Of a DNA stretch of 64,000 nt, positions 32,041 to 45,616 are shown one piece after another. Source of the stretch: the human T2T-CHM13v2.0 reference genome, Homo sapiens; assembly GCF_009914755.1 (NCBI RefSeq), contig NC_060945.1. One strand, 5' to 3'. Position 1 is the stretch's first letter, and each line of letters opens with the position of its first letter. The position numbers and the translations under genes are program-made. The notes beneath the pieces are model-generated. The model saw only the letters and a program-made list of their open reading frames with translations. It made no database searches and was not told the origin of the DNA.

Positions 32041-32639
32041 CAGTTCACTGATTTCAGGTTTTGGTGTTTTACATTTAGAGCTACCTTCGTATGCTGGCTC
32101 CAGTATTTTAACGTGATATATGCGTTGTGATTATGACCGTCTTCAGTGCGCACCCCTTGATTCCAGTTTATTTAGTGCATTTAGGGAATGAGCAGAAGCT
32201 GCGTATAATCAGAATTGTCCTCGAAATTCCTTCGCGTGCCTGTAGAGTACAGAGACAACGGCCGGTGCCGCACACAGTAAGGCACGCGACGGGGAGCAGA
32301 ATGTGCAGCGGGCATTCCTAGCCCGCAGCTGGGAGGCTGCTTTTGCTAAATGCATGGTGTTGTTCATCGGTGGTAAATGCATAGGAAGGTGTTGTTGACA
32401 GCGTCCAAACCAAAGCCACAGGTTCATCCGGTTCCTTTGTTTTTTTTCTGTAGGCCAGATTTGCATTTGAGTCCAGAGTAATTGTGAGGTAGTTCCAGAG
32501 AAACCTGGAGTTGTTATGAAACCCTCAGTTTTTTGGAAGAACATATTAGTCTATAACAAATAGTTTTAAAATTGTTAGAGCACAAATGGATTAGAATTTT
32601 TCTATTTTTTGTCATTACCAGGAATGTTATCTTAAGAGA

Positions 32640-32830
32640 ATAGAGTTTGGAGCTATATTGACATACATCTCAATCCTAATTTTCCACTTACTGTTTTTAT
32701 GGGTTTAGAAAGATGTTTAATATCTCAGTTTCAATTTTCCTGTCTTTAAAGTGGAAACAATCGTATTTCCTTACATGGCTGAGGATTATGTTTCATGGCA
32801 CAAGTAAACTCACTTCGATGCCTGGTGTCA
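32640..32830. mobile_element. MIR-like fragment
   Basis: ctcagtttcaattttcctgtctttaaagtgg...gaggatta core-like similarity. Confidence 0.45.
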
Positions 32831-33334
32831 CCGAGTGGCAGTGGCAGAGACGCCTCATCACCAGCGTCACCACGAGCAGTGTTGGGATGGAAGGGGAGCG
32901 TGCCCGGCTCACCGCTTTGTTGGTGCAGATTCTCTGCCTAGGTTTCTTACTTTCCTCCTGGAGTCAGAATGACACCTAAAATCTAATGCACCTTCAGGAA
33001 AATCAAACAAATCAAAGTTGTTTAAATATTAACAAAATAACATTTAAAGGGTGGTGAAAGCATCATTCTGTAGACGTCCTTGCATGGAAAATGACTGCAT
33101 TAGAGCTTCGTCCCACGATCAGACGTGGAGCACAAGGTGTGCACCAGGGCCCAGTGGCAGCCAAGGTGGGTGTGGAGTGCATCCGGCACCAGCAGTTTGC
33201 TTCTATGGCTGCTTTGTTTTTCACGCTATGGAGTCTTCACTCCAAGAATGCATTCAGGATGTAACGTGCCCTGAAGTAGGGACATTCGGAAGTGGATACA
33301 TTTAATTTGCCTCTGAAATGTCCTCTCTCTTCAG

Positions 33335-34213
33335 GTCATATATACCAGAAGTTCTGAGATTGAAGAGCTGAAAGCCACTATTGAAAATCTGCAAGAGAAT
33401 CAGAAACGATTACAAAAGGAGAAAGCAGAGGAAATTGAACAACTCCATGAAGTCATTGAGAAGCTGCAGCACGAGCTGTCCCTCATGGGGCCTGTGGTGC
33501 ACGAAGTCAGCGACAGTCAGGCTGGCAGTCTGCAGAGCGAGCTGCTCTGCTCCCAGGCCGGGGGCCCTCGTGGGCAGGCCCTACAGGGCGAGCTCGAGGC
33601 TGCGCTGGAAGCCAAGGAGGCCCTGAGCCGGCTGCTGGCTGACCAGGAGCGCAGGCACAGCCAGGCCCTGGAGGCCCTGCAGCAGCGCCTCCAGGGCGCA
33701 GAGGAGGCTGCGGAGCTACAGCTGGCTGAGCTGGAGCGCAATGTAGCCCTCAGGGAGGCTGAGGTCGAAGACATGGCCTCCCGGATCCAGGAGTTCGAAG
33801 CGGCCCTGAAAGCAAAGGAAGCGACGATTGCCGAGAGAAATTTAGAAATCGACGCTCTGAACCAGCGGAAGGCGGCCCACTCTGCCGAGCTGGAGGCCGT
33901 CCTGTTGGCCTTGGCCCGCATCCGCCGCGCCCTGGAGCAGCAGCCCCTGGCAGCCGGGGCGGCGCCTCCCGAGCTGCAGTGGCTCCGAGCGCAGTGTGCC
34001 CGCCTCAGCCGCCAGCTGCAGGTGCTGCACCAGCGGTTCCTGAGGTGCCAGGTGGAGCTGGACAGGCGGCAGGCCCGCAGAGCCACAGCTCACACACGGG
34101 TGCCCGGGGCCCACCCACAGCCTCGCATGGATGGTGGCGCCAAGGCCCAGGTCACCGGCGACGTGGAGGCCTCCCATGATGCTGCTTTGGAGCCGGTTGT
34201 CCCTGACCCACAG
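33335..34213 (+). CDS. PCNT: PCNT exon 28 (879 nt) VIYTRSSEIEEL...VVPDPQ
   Basis: ctcttcag|gtc ... cag|gtgggc; long coiled-coil ORF. Confidence 0.97.
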
Positions 34214-34982
34214 GTGGGCTCCCCCCGCGGGCCATGGCAGGGTATTTTTTTTTACTCTCCTTTTCTCCTTTGATGTCAATGACTTCTCTCTGCGCTGGGC
34301 ACTGGGGGCTGCAGTTGTCATGGTGGCTCATGACACAGCGGAGAAAGGGGGCCTGAAGCTCGGGCCAGCCTGGGCCTGTTCCGTGTCAGTACGCAGTGAA
34401 GCTGGGCTGAGGATTTCACTGTTTTGTACCATTTTAAGCTTATCGTTTTAAGCTTTTAAAAACAATTCTTTCTTTCACATAATAGGGACTGTCCAGTGAA
34501 ACGGAGCTCACTATGTGAGGAGGGTCCGCTTAAGCTGCTTCTCTGGTTTCTAACCAAATGGTTTGTCTGTCGATGAGCAGTGCCTGTGTGAGATGTGGCG
34601 AGCGAGCTCTTCTTTTGGAGCTGGAGGCCCTGTAGGGAGTCGTCTTTTAAGGCTTCCACTTGTATTTGAGCAGAACCTTGGGAACTTGGTGCCTACCACC
34701 CCCACACCAGCTGGGTCTTTGTAGAGTGGCTCCCACTCTCAGATGCCCCAGTCCACCTTGCTCTGTGGGGTCGTCCTGGGTCGGGGCAGCTTTCTGCTGG
34801 GTCCTCAGCCCCGTTCCCATGTGGCCTGCTGTGGACCAAGGTGCTCGGCTGTGGATGTCACTGCCACCTCCCTCTGGCATCCCTGCTGGCTGCCGTACTG
34901 GTTCCCAGCTCCAGGCCACCTGAGGGGCAGCCCCAGCAACAGCCTCCTGCATGCTCAGCTTTCCTCTGTCTCCTCTGTCAAG

Positions 34983-35138
34983 GGTGATCTGCAGCCTGTC
35001 CTGGTGACGTTGAAGGATGCACCTCTCTGCAAGCAAGAAGGCGTGATGTCAGTGCTCACCGTCTGCCAGAGGCAGCTGCAGTCGGAGCTGCTCTTGGTGA
35101 AAAATGAAATGCGCCTGAGTCTGGAGGACGGCGGCAAG
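34983..35138 (+). CDS. PCNT: PCNT exon 29 (156 nt) GDLQPVLVTL...EDGGK
   Basis: ctgtcaag|ggt ... aag|gtgtgg. Confidence 0.93.
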
Positions 35139-35541
35139 GTGTGGGGAGGGGGGAAGGCGCGAGGTCCCCCCGGGAGAGGCTGGACACGCGGCAGCAAGGT
35201 GTGGGGAGCGGGGAAGGCACAAGGCCCACCCGGGAGAGGCTGGACACGTGGCAGCAAGGTGTGGGGAGCGGGGAAGGCGCGAGGTCCCCCCGGGAGAGGC
35301 TGGACACGCGGCAGCAAGGTGTGGGGAGCGGGGAAGGCACGAGGCCCACCCGGGAGAGGCTGGACACGCAGCAGCAAGGTGTGGGGAGGGGGAAGGCGTG
35401 AGGCCCCCCTGGGAGAGGCTGGACACGCGGCAGCAAGGTGTGGGGAGCGGGGAAGGCACGAGGCCCACCCGGGAGAGGCTGGACACGCGGCAGCAAGGTG
35501 TGGGGAGGGGGAAGGCGTGAGGCCCCCCTGGGAGAGGCTGG
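35122..35541 (+). repeat. G-rich 60-bp minisatellite x ~7 that includes the exon-29 donor
   Basis: caag|gtgtgggga recurs with GT at 35139, 35199, 35259, 35319, 35379, 35438, 35498. Confidence 0.97.
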
Positions 35542-35983
35542 GTGCAGAACATGTGGGTCTTGCCCTGGGCAGAGGCGGGTATTCTGCTGAGGTGAGGAGC
35601 ACAGTCCGTGCCTGCAGTGACATGTTCTCTGAATCCTTTCTGTTCTGTAACGAGCTGTCCATAACTGTTGTGAAATTTCGTACGTGCTTCATTTAAGCCA
35701 CTCTGTAGAAACAATCAGTTGGGTTTTTTTCTTGTAATTGATCCAAATGGATTTAACTGTGCTCGAGGGTTAGTCCTGGTTTGTCTTTTCATGGGAGGAC
35801 CACATCGCCCCCGTGGGCCTCACCTCAGCTCAGGACTTTGATGGCCAGCGTCTGTTTTACTTTGAAAGGCCTCAGATTTATTCTTGTAATCTGTTCACCT
35901 CACTCCATATTGTCACTTGAAAAAAAGCTGGCACTTCTTTTCCCCGGGGAAGGAGGTTGCACCTTGACCATCTCAAATTGTAG

Positions 35984-36436
<453 letters not shown>

Positions 36437-36497
36437 TAGATGGCACCTTTTGATGCACTGTCTGCACCTCGCCTCCTCCAGTCCAAGGCCCAGCGCA

Positions 36498-37038
36498 GCC
36501 TCCCTGGACACACAGCCACCCACCCTTCTCCTCCTTCTCCTCTGGGACACACATCTGTCCACCCTCCTCCTCCTCCTCCTCCTGGACACAGTCGCCCACC
36601 CTCCTCCTCCTCCTCCTCCTGGACACACAGCCGCCCACTCTCCTCTTCCTCCTCCTTCTCGACACACAACCACCCACCCTGCTCCTCCTCCTCCTCCTCC
36701 TGGACATGCAGCCGCCCACCCTCCTCCTCCTGGACACGCAGCCGCCCACCCTGCTCCTCCTCCTCCTCCTGGACACACAGCCGCCCACTCTCCTCCTCCT
36801 GGACATGCAGCCACCCACCCTGCTCCTCCTCCTCCTCCTGGACACACAGCTGCCCACACTCCTCCTCCTGGACACGCAGCCGCCCACCCTCCTCCTGGAC
36901 ACACAGCCGCCCACTCTCCTCCTCCTGGACATGCAGCCGCCCACCCTGCTCCTCCTCCTCCTGGACACACAGACACCTACCCTCCTCCTGCTGGACACAC
37001 AGCCACCCACCCTGCTCTTCCTCCTCCCCCTCCTCCCT
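36498..37038. repeat. Pyrimidine-rich compound repeat: cctggacacacagccgcccaccct plus variable (cct)n
   Basis: Direct reading, ~14 units. Confidence 0.93.
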
Positions 37039-37486
37039 GCTGTTTGCTAAATGTGCCCCAACTACTCCTCCAGGCTCTGAAACCCAGAGGCTCTAACACC
37101 AGAAGTGCTGGGCAGGTGTTTTATGGTCTCTAGGGTGGCACGGAAGCATGCTTGGTGCTGAAGCCTGCTGAGACCTGGGCTCACCCGAGCCCCTCGCAGC
37201 CCTCGTGAGTGTCCCGCACGTCGCTGGGACGTTTCTTGCATGAGTGCAGGTGCCGCCTGTTCCTGGGTCCACACTGCGTGCACCTCATTGGCGTTTAGAG
37301 CCTGAAAGATTCTTAATTCCACAGAAATCAGGGAAGGATGGGCCTAGGCCCGCAGTTCTGAGGAGACCCATGAACCTGGTTCGTGTGCTTGTCATGTGCT
37401 CTCGGGAAATACATCCTGTGTGGAGAGCCCTTCGCATCTCCTGCGGCAAACAGTCTTGGGGCCCTCATGACAGGAACGTTTCTTTG

Positions 37487-37488
<2 letters not shown>

Positions 37489-37519
<31 letters not shown>

Positions 37520-37806
37520 AGACAGAGTCTCGCTCTGTCGCCCAGGCTGGAGTGCAGTGGCGAGATCTTGAGATCTTGGCTCACTGCAACCTCCACCTCC
37601 TGGGTTCAAGCAATTCACTGCCTCAGCCTCCCGAGTAGCTAGGATTACAGGCACCCGCCACCATGCCTGGCTAATTTTTGTATTTTTAGTAGAGACAGGG
37701 TTTCACCATTTTGGCCAGGGTGGTCTCGAACTCCTGACCTCGTGATCCACCTGTCTCAGCCTCCCAAAATGCTAGGATTACAGGCGTGAGCCACTGCACC
37801 CGGCCC
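37489..37806 (-). mobile_element. Alu (S-like)
   Basis: poly-T plus reverse consensus. Confidence 0.94.
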
Positions 37807-38191
37807 AATTTTTTGAATTCTTAAGAGAAAGCTCAGCCCTGCCTGCCAAATTCTTAGAAGTTACACACACAGAAACTCCAAATTCATCACATAAACCACA
37901 ATTTTGTGTTTTCGGTGCTCAGATATAGAACCTTCCCATCCTTTTTCCCTTGTATGAAGCTTGTGTCCTCAATCACCGCAGAAATAGGTTATGACAGTTG
38001 CCTTTTAAGCAAGGAGATGTAAGCCTTGGTTCTGTTTCTCATAGAATTAAATAAACTTGAAATGTGCAGGGCTCATTGTGGAATCACCCGAGTGCTCCGA
38101 AACTCCCTGAAATCCACTCATTAACACCAGACAGGTGCGACTCCTGGTGAGCCAGGTATTCCACCGTGCACCTGTTCTGTTTCACCTGCAG

Positions 38192-38962
38192 GGTAAAGAA
38201 AAAGTACTGGAAGATTGTCAGCTGCCGAAGGTCGATCTCGTAGCTCAGGTGAAACAGCTTCAGGAAAAACTGAACCGTTTGCTGTATTCCATGACCTTCC
38301 AGAATGTGGATGCTGCCGACACCAAATCTCTGTGGCCCATGGCCTCAGCACACCTGTTGGAGAGCAGCTGGAGTGATGATTCCTGTGACGGAGAAGAGCC
38401 TGACATATCACCCCACATAGACACATGTGATGCCAATACAGCCACGGGGGGTGTAACTGATGTTATCAAAAATCAGGCCATAGACGCGTGTGATGCCAAT
38501 ACAACCCCAGGGGGTGTAACTGATGTTATCAAAAATTGGGATTCCTTGATACCAGATGAAATGCCAGATTCTCCCATTCAAGAAAAATCAGAATGTCAGG
38601 ACATGTCTCTTTCTTCACCGACCAGCGTACTTGGTGGCTCCCGCCACCAGAGCCACACTGCAGAGGCTGGGCCCCGGAAGAGCCCGGTCGGGATGCTGGA
38701 CCTGTCTTCCTGGAGCTCCCCTGAGGTCCTCAGGAAGGACTGGACCCTGGAGCCCTGGCCCAGCCTCCCCGTGACACCCCACTCAGGAGCCCTGAGCCTG
38801 TGCAGTGCCGACACATCCCTGGGGGACAGGGCGGACACCTCGCTGCCACAGACCCAGGGGCCGGGGCTGCTTTGTTCCCCAGGCGTGTCTGCAGCAGCGC
38901 TGGCACTGCAGTGGGCCGAGTCTCCGCCGGCTGACGACCACCATGTGCAGAGGACGGCTGTG
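38192..38962 (+). CDS. PCNT: PCNT exon 30 (771 nt) GKEKVLED...VQRTAV; includes the separase site ExxR (R2231, codon 38732-38734)
   Basis: cctgcag|ggt ... gtg|gtaggt; SWSSPEVLR motif at codon 2231 by my numbering. Confidence 0.96.
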
Positions 38963-39307
38963 GTAGGTGCCTGCTCTGCTCCCAGGCCTGCTGTTCCCGT
39001 GGGAATGTGGTCTGCCCGGCGCCACGGCAGCTGCCATTGTTTGTTCACCTCCTGACAGCACACACCTCGCAGTGCTGTGTGGGGCCAGCTCTGCAGGACT
39101 GGCATCATGGGCGCATTTAGATTATTTCAGTTGTTCAGGTATTTTTAAAATGCCTGAGATGCATTTGCCTGCCTCAGACATACCCTGGGCATGCTTCTCC
39201 ACTGACGCTGACTCCAACGGGCATAGCCCAGACACGTCTTCGTGTGTGATGGGCATAGGGTTCTTTGTCCAGAATGGTTTTTTAGATTTATTTTTAGGAA
39301 TGCTTCC

Positions 39308-40038
39308 TTTTTTTTTTTTTTTTTTTTTTTTTTTGTGAGATGGAGTCTCGCTCTGTCACCCAGGCTAGAGTGCAGTGACGCAATCTCGGCTCACTGCAGC
39401 CTCCGCCTCCCCAGGTTCAAGCAAATCTCCTGCCTCAGCCTCCCTAGTAGCTGGGACTACAGGCACACGCCACCACACCCGGCTAATTTTTGTAGTTTAG
39501 TAGAGACGGGGTTTTACCTTATTGGTCAGGCTGGTCTCGAACTCCTGACCTCATGATCCACCCACCTCAGCCTCCCAAAGTGCTGGGCTTACAGGCGTGA
39601 GCCACCATGCTCAGCCAGAAATGCTTCATATTTTTAACAGGTTTCACATATGCTAATTAATTTTAATTTATGAGTTAGATCGTATTATTTCTAACATAAT
39701 CATTTTGGGATTTTGTGTATCTTGAGTAAGATAAAATTAAAAATCAGGTATGGTTGGGCTCATGCTTGTAGTCTCAGCACTTTGGGAGGCTGAGGCGGGA
39801 GGATTGCTTGAGCCCAGGAATTTGAGACCAGGCTGGGTAACGCGGTGAGACCCTGTCTCTACAAAAAAAACACAAAAAATTAGCTGGGCGTGCTGGTGCC
39901 GCCCATGGTCCCTGCTCTTCAGGAGGCTGAGGCAGGAGGATCACTTGACCTTGGGAGGTTGAGGATGCAGTGAGCCAAGATTGAACCACTGCACTCCAGC
40001 CTGGGTGACAGAGTGAGACCCTCCCTCAAAAAATAATA
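39308..40038. mobile_element. Divergent Alu pair (39308-39616 minus; 39745-40038 plus)
   Basis: Alu consensus blocks. Confidence 0.92.
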
Positions 40039-40328
40039 ATTTAGCAGATACATATTATCTGAAACATCCATATACTATCATTTCATGCAAAACAATTTAA
40101 ATCTGAAATATTTACTATTGGCTACATTAAAATATTCCTAAAGAGCTGTGGGTGAATCTGATTAAATTGTTGGAAGCATTCGACCTGTGTGTTCACCAGT
40201 TTTGAGTTGTTTCATCTGGGGTCTATGTGGGAAGATAAATTCAGGCCTTTGAAAGTTTTCACCTGGCAAAGTCAGCGCTATGATGTAATTACTCATTATT
40301 TTATGACCATTTAAAAATCTCTTAACAG

Positions 40329-40431
40329 GAGAAAGATGTCGAAGATTTTATCACAACATCCTTTGATTCTCAAGAAACATTAAGTTCACCTCCTCCTGGA
40401 TTAGAAGGAAAAGCTGATAGAAGTGAGAAAA
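40329..40431 (+). CDS. PCNT: PCNT exon 31 (103 nt) EKDVEDFITT...DRSEK
   Basis: cttaacag|gag ... aaa|gtgagt. Confidence 0.94.
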
Positions 40432-41659
40432 GTGAGTTGGTTATCTTTCATTTTTAATTTTTTATTTCAGTGGTTTCCTAGCACAGAATAGTCAAAAGAA
40501 TTCCTGCATCCTTTGCCTGGTTCTGCGTCTGCCCCCCGCTGACCTCCACCCCGGCTCTGCGCTTTGTCGGGCGTGCACCTGGGGCCTCTTGACTTCTGAA
40601 AACACGCCTGTACCTTTCACAGAGCCAAGGTTGCTGGCCCGGGCCACGCTCCACCCTGGAATGTTCACCCTGATCCAAGGCTGGCATCTCAGCTACAGCT
40701 ACAGACCTTGCTCAGATTCACCCATTGTCCCAGTAGTGTCCTTTATGGAAAAGACACCCCAGCTCACAGGCTGTGTTCAGGTGTCTTTGGCAGGATGGAG
40801 ACTGGGGCGGTGCACGCCATGTTTCCAGGCTCTGCTGCCTTGCCTGCCCACCCTGCCTTTCCCTCCCCTTGGGGTGGACGTCCCTCTCTCTGCTGTGGGT
40901 TTCGGGGCACCGGCCCTGGAGAGGAGCCGAGGGGCCGCTGACTGTGGCGTGTCCTCGCGATGGTGCGTGGGGGGCTGCGTCTCCCCGGACCTCGTGGCGG
41001 GAGGTGCGTGGGCTTGACTTGGGCCTTTGTCTGTGATGGTGCCTGCCAGGTTTCCTCCACCTCCTTCTGTGGGAGATGCGGAGACTGAGTATTCTCTTCC
41101 CTCTCATGCTCACGCCCACTGGTCTCAGCCTCCCTTGGTTGCCCTGGCCCGCATCAGTTGTTGTGGCGGTTACCTGCCACACCGTCCTTTTTTTCATTTC
41201 ATAACTTTTTCTATAATTGTTGTCTTTTTACAAGTCAGTCACCTTTTGAGGTGCTCTAACTTTTTAAAAAATCTGTTGGATTTTTCAGCGATTTAGTGTT
41301 TTTTGAGAACATGGTCACAATTTAATTAGAAATTTTAGTATTTGCAGAGTAGGGCCAGCAGCTTTTTAATTTTGTTTTTATTTATTTGATGAATAGTGAG
41401 CACGCAGGGTGACAGTTATGGGTGCTGAGGGGACCGTTTCCTGAGCAGCCTGTGTCCCAGCTCCCCACTCAGGACTGCAGCTCCCTGGGGATGCCACATT
41501 CAACTCTCAGAAATGTCTTCTCGTATTTGCTTTATTTTCAAACTCTATTTGCTGTTTAAAGTGGCATCTTCAGCCCTCCTAGCCCCTCGCCACACGCCCC
41601 TTGCTACACGAGGTGCAGTCTGCACGCCCTGTGCTGTCACAGCCAAGGTTTGCCCTTAA

Positions 41660-42088
<429 letters not shown>

Positions 42089-42604
42089 TAGGTGCTTGTT
42101 TTTGAGAACTTCCTCGTCTCCCTGGTGGTTGTCGGTTGGTTGGCTGGGTGCAGACACTTGGGTTGGAAGGTATCGCGTGCCTGTCCACTGCCTCTGTGCC
42201 CGCGCCCTCCAGTGACGCACAACCTTTGAGGGGCCTGCGCGGTCAGGGTGTCCGCCGCCTCTGTGCCTGCGCCCTCCAGTGACACGCGACCTTGGAGGCC
42301 TGCGCGGTCGGGGTGGAGGATTTCCTCCTCGTTCGTCCTTCCTCCATTCACGTATCCTATGATTTTCTCTCTTCTTTTTGTAATTCCTGTTATTCAACTA
42401 TATCAGGCCTCCAAGATTGATTGTCAAATTTTCTTTCCTTATTTCTACTTCTTTTATTTTTGTTCTCATTTCTAAGAGGTTTTCTTTAGAACTTTATTTT
42501 TCAACATTTGTGCTGAGTGTTCTGTTTCTGTGCTCATATTTTAAATTTCTCAGAAATCTTTCTTATCCTAACTGTTCCTCTCTCCTTTAGCTTTAGCTCC
42601 TTGG

Positions 42605-43196
42605 TTTCTTTCTTTTTTGGAGGGCGTTCTTGAGTTTATTTTGGGCACAGCCAGGTGAGAGGTCCCTGCACCTGAAGGAAGGTGTTGGGCTCCGAGGTGA
42701 AGCATGGTTTGTGCTGAAGGCACAGGGTCCAGTGGGACAATGGGGAATGTGGTCTTGGACTTGTGGAGCTCTGACCACCCGCTGGCGGCACCTGCTGGCT
42801 GTGATCTCCTCTGGATGGAGTGGGCTGGGGCATGGTGCTGGGCACCCATGTCTCGGTGGCACTGGGTGACAGTGTCCGCAGCAGTCACATCCCAGAGTTC
42901 CTGGTACACGCTGTGGGAGCCGCAGCTCAGGCAGATGCAACATCCTTCACCCTCAGAGATTTCTCAAACACCTGAAGTAGATGATTTCCCCAAAGATTTC
43001 TTCGTTGTCATCTTTAGCTGAGATACACAGGGCAGAAGTAGGACTTGGCACCATTATTAGACACAAAGATTTGCAGGCGGTGGGTGGCCTGAGGCATTTT
43101 GAGGGGTACAGGCAGCAACCCAGCACCCTGCACCCTTGCACTGCTCCTGAGGCCTTCATGCTGCTCTCTCGGCACTTGCCGCCACTCACAAAAAGC
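42605..43196 (-). pseudogene. RPL18AP2: Processed pseudogene of ribosomal protein L18a (probably RPL18AP2) in intron 31
   Basis: Intronless minus-strand copy with 5'TOP-like ctttttg start and ATG at 43159 (MKASG...). Contains MYQELWDVTAADTVTQCHRDMGAQHHAPAHSIQ, similar to RPL18A [33 protein letters not shown]. Frameshifted; AATAAA at 42640-42635 and an A-tail remnant. Family is secure, locus symbol from memory. Confidence 0.9.
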
Positions 43197-44094
43197 ACTT
43201 TGTTGGTTCATTTTGTGAATGACGTGCCCGTTATTTCTCTGAGGGGGTCATCGTCATCCTCTGAGGTTGTACTCTGCCTGCATCGTTGGCCTCTACTCCT
43301 CCCCAGTGTGCCCTCTGCTCAGCAGGCTGTGCCGGGGCATCATCCCCCAGGTGCCCAAGTGCTGCAGCCTCCGCTCCCCAGGGAGCTTTGTCCACACGGG
43401 GGCCCCGTCTCGCTGGCATCCTCATCCTCCTGTTTTGAAGTCTAACACCCTTTTTCCAGGGCGCCTCCTCCTCGTCTGGGTCTCGTGTCCCTTACACGAT
43501 CCTGCCTCAGTTTCCAAAGCGCCCCCCTCCCTGTGGGCTGGCGCAGCTGCAGGTCTCTGGGATGGACCAGGGCCCTGGGAGGTTTTGAATTTTCCTCCTT
43601 GAGACCCCATGCCCACCTGACACAGGAGCTGCACCGCAGGGACCCCATGGCAGGCACGGTCAGCGTTTCCTGAGCAGTCATTGGATGCCCGTCCGCTGCC
43701 TGCCTTATCTCCGTGGCTGGCGTGGAGGGTGCAGGCCCCGCACGTCCCGCTGCTCTTGAGCTTGTCCAGGCCATCTGGGTTTTGTGGAGTCTTTGGGGGC
43801 CACGTCTGGAGAAGTGAGCAGAGGTCCCCTAAGATTGGCGCTGGAATCAGGGACTCAGGTGATGTTCTCAACCTGTGAAGTTGCGTTTTCTTACTTGACG
43901 TGCGTCTTTCTCACCAGGGTTATGTTTTTATGAAGCATTTTTGGGGCCATCAGTGTTTTCTCCGTGAGCAGAATCACGGTGTGGTTGTCGCTGGGGACTG
44001 CGGGCCGATCACCCCTGTCCTGCCTCTGCAGTGCGTCCCCTGGGGAACCCCCTGGAGAGCTGTGGGTGGGACCCTGACCCTGTGGTGTTTTTAG

Positions 44095-44249
44095 GTGACG
44101 GCTCGGGTTTTGGAGCAAGACTGAGCCCGGGGTCAGGAGGCCCTGAGGCTCAAACTGCTGGTCCTGTGACCCCTGCTTCCATCTCTGGAAGGTTTCAGCC
44201 GCTGCCGGAAGCCATGAAGGAGAAGGAAGTGCGTCCGAAGCACGTGAAG
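44095..44249 (+). CDS. PCNT: PCNT exon 32 (155 nt) DGSGFGARL...PKHVK
   Basis: gtttttag|gtg ... aag|gtatgg. Confidence 0.94.
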
Positions 44250-45065
44250 GTATGGCTGGCAGGGGCGGCCCTCACAGCTTCACATGTGCAGCCTCGGGGC
44301 ATCCCCCAAGCCCTGTGTCCTGCCTTGCCGGGGAGAGCCTTGGAGGGCCAGCTTTTCCTGGGTGCCTCTGAGCACCTGCATTTTAATGACTCACGGGAGG
44401 CAGCCCCACGGTGGCCCCGGAAGCCGCCCACCCAGCCCTGCACTGGCCCCTTAGGTGGCCGCCTCCCATCTGGGCAGGGAGGGTCCTGTGAGCCCGTGGG
44501 CAGGTGGTGTTGCCCCGAGTCGCAGAGCCGGCCTGTGCCTCTCTCCTGCCTGTGCCTCCCTCCTGCCTGTGCCCTGTAGAGAAGCCGAGGCACCAGACGC
44601 CGCAGTGCTCTAGGACTGAGCCGAGTTCTCTTCAGACGATGGGAGAGAAGCCACTCAGCCTCCTTGGAATCAACCTTGAAGGCAGAATTTTGTGGAACTT
44701 TTCATAGGTTTTCTTTCCTCTCCCAGTTTAGCAGATCATTTTATGGCAAAACCATTGACAAAAACTTGGCTAAACAAGTGAGTGATAGAATGATGCCACT
44801 ACAGGAGCTTAGTCAAGTGGTAAACATATTCCCAAACAAAACAGTCTTCACATCAGTGAAACCTCTTCTGAGACTGCGCAGTAAGTCCTCACTTAGCGTT
44901 GCCCCGAGGTTCCTGGAAACTGACCTTGTAGGAAGGACACTCCTGTGCTGCTGGCCGCAGCTCCCGTTGTCTCAGAGGGCCCTGAGGGTGCCTTTGTTAC
45001 ATGCGTTTAAAAGTCGCGGTTTCCAAAACCCATCCATGACGTTAAGTGAGGACTTACTGCATTCA

Positions 45066-45616
<551 letters not shown>

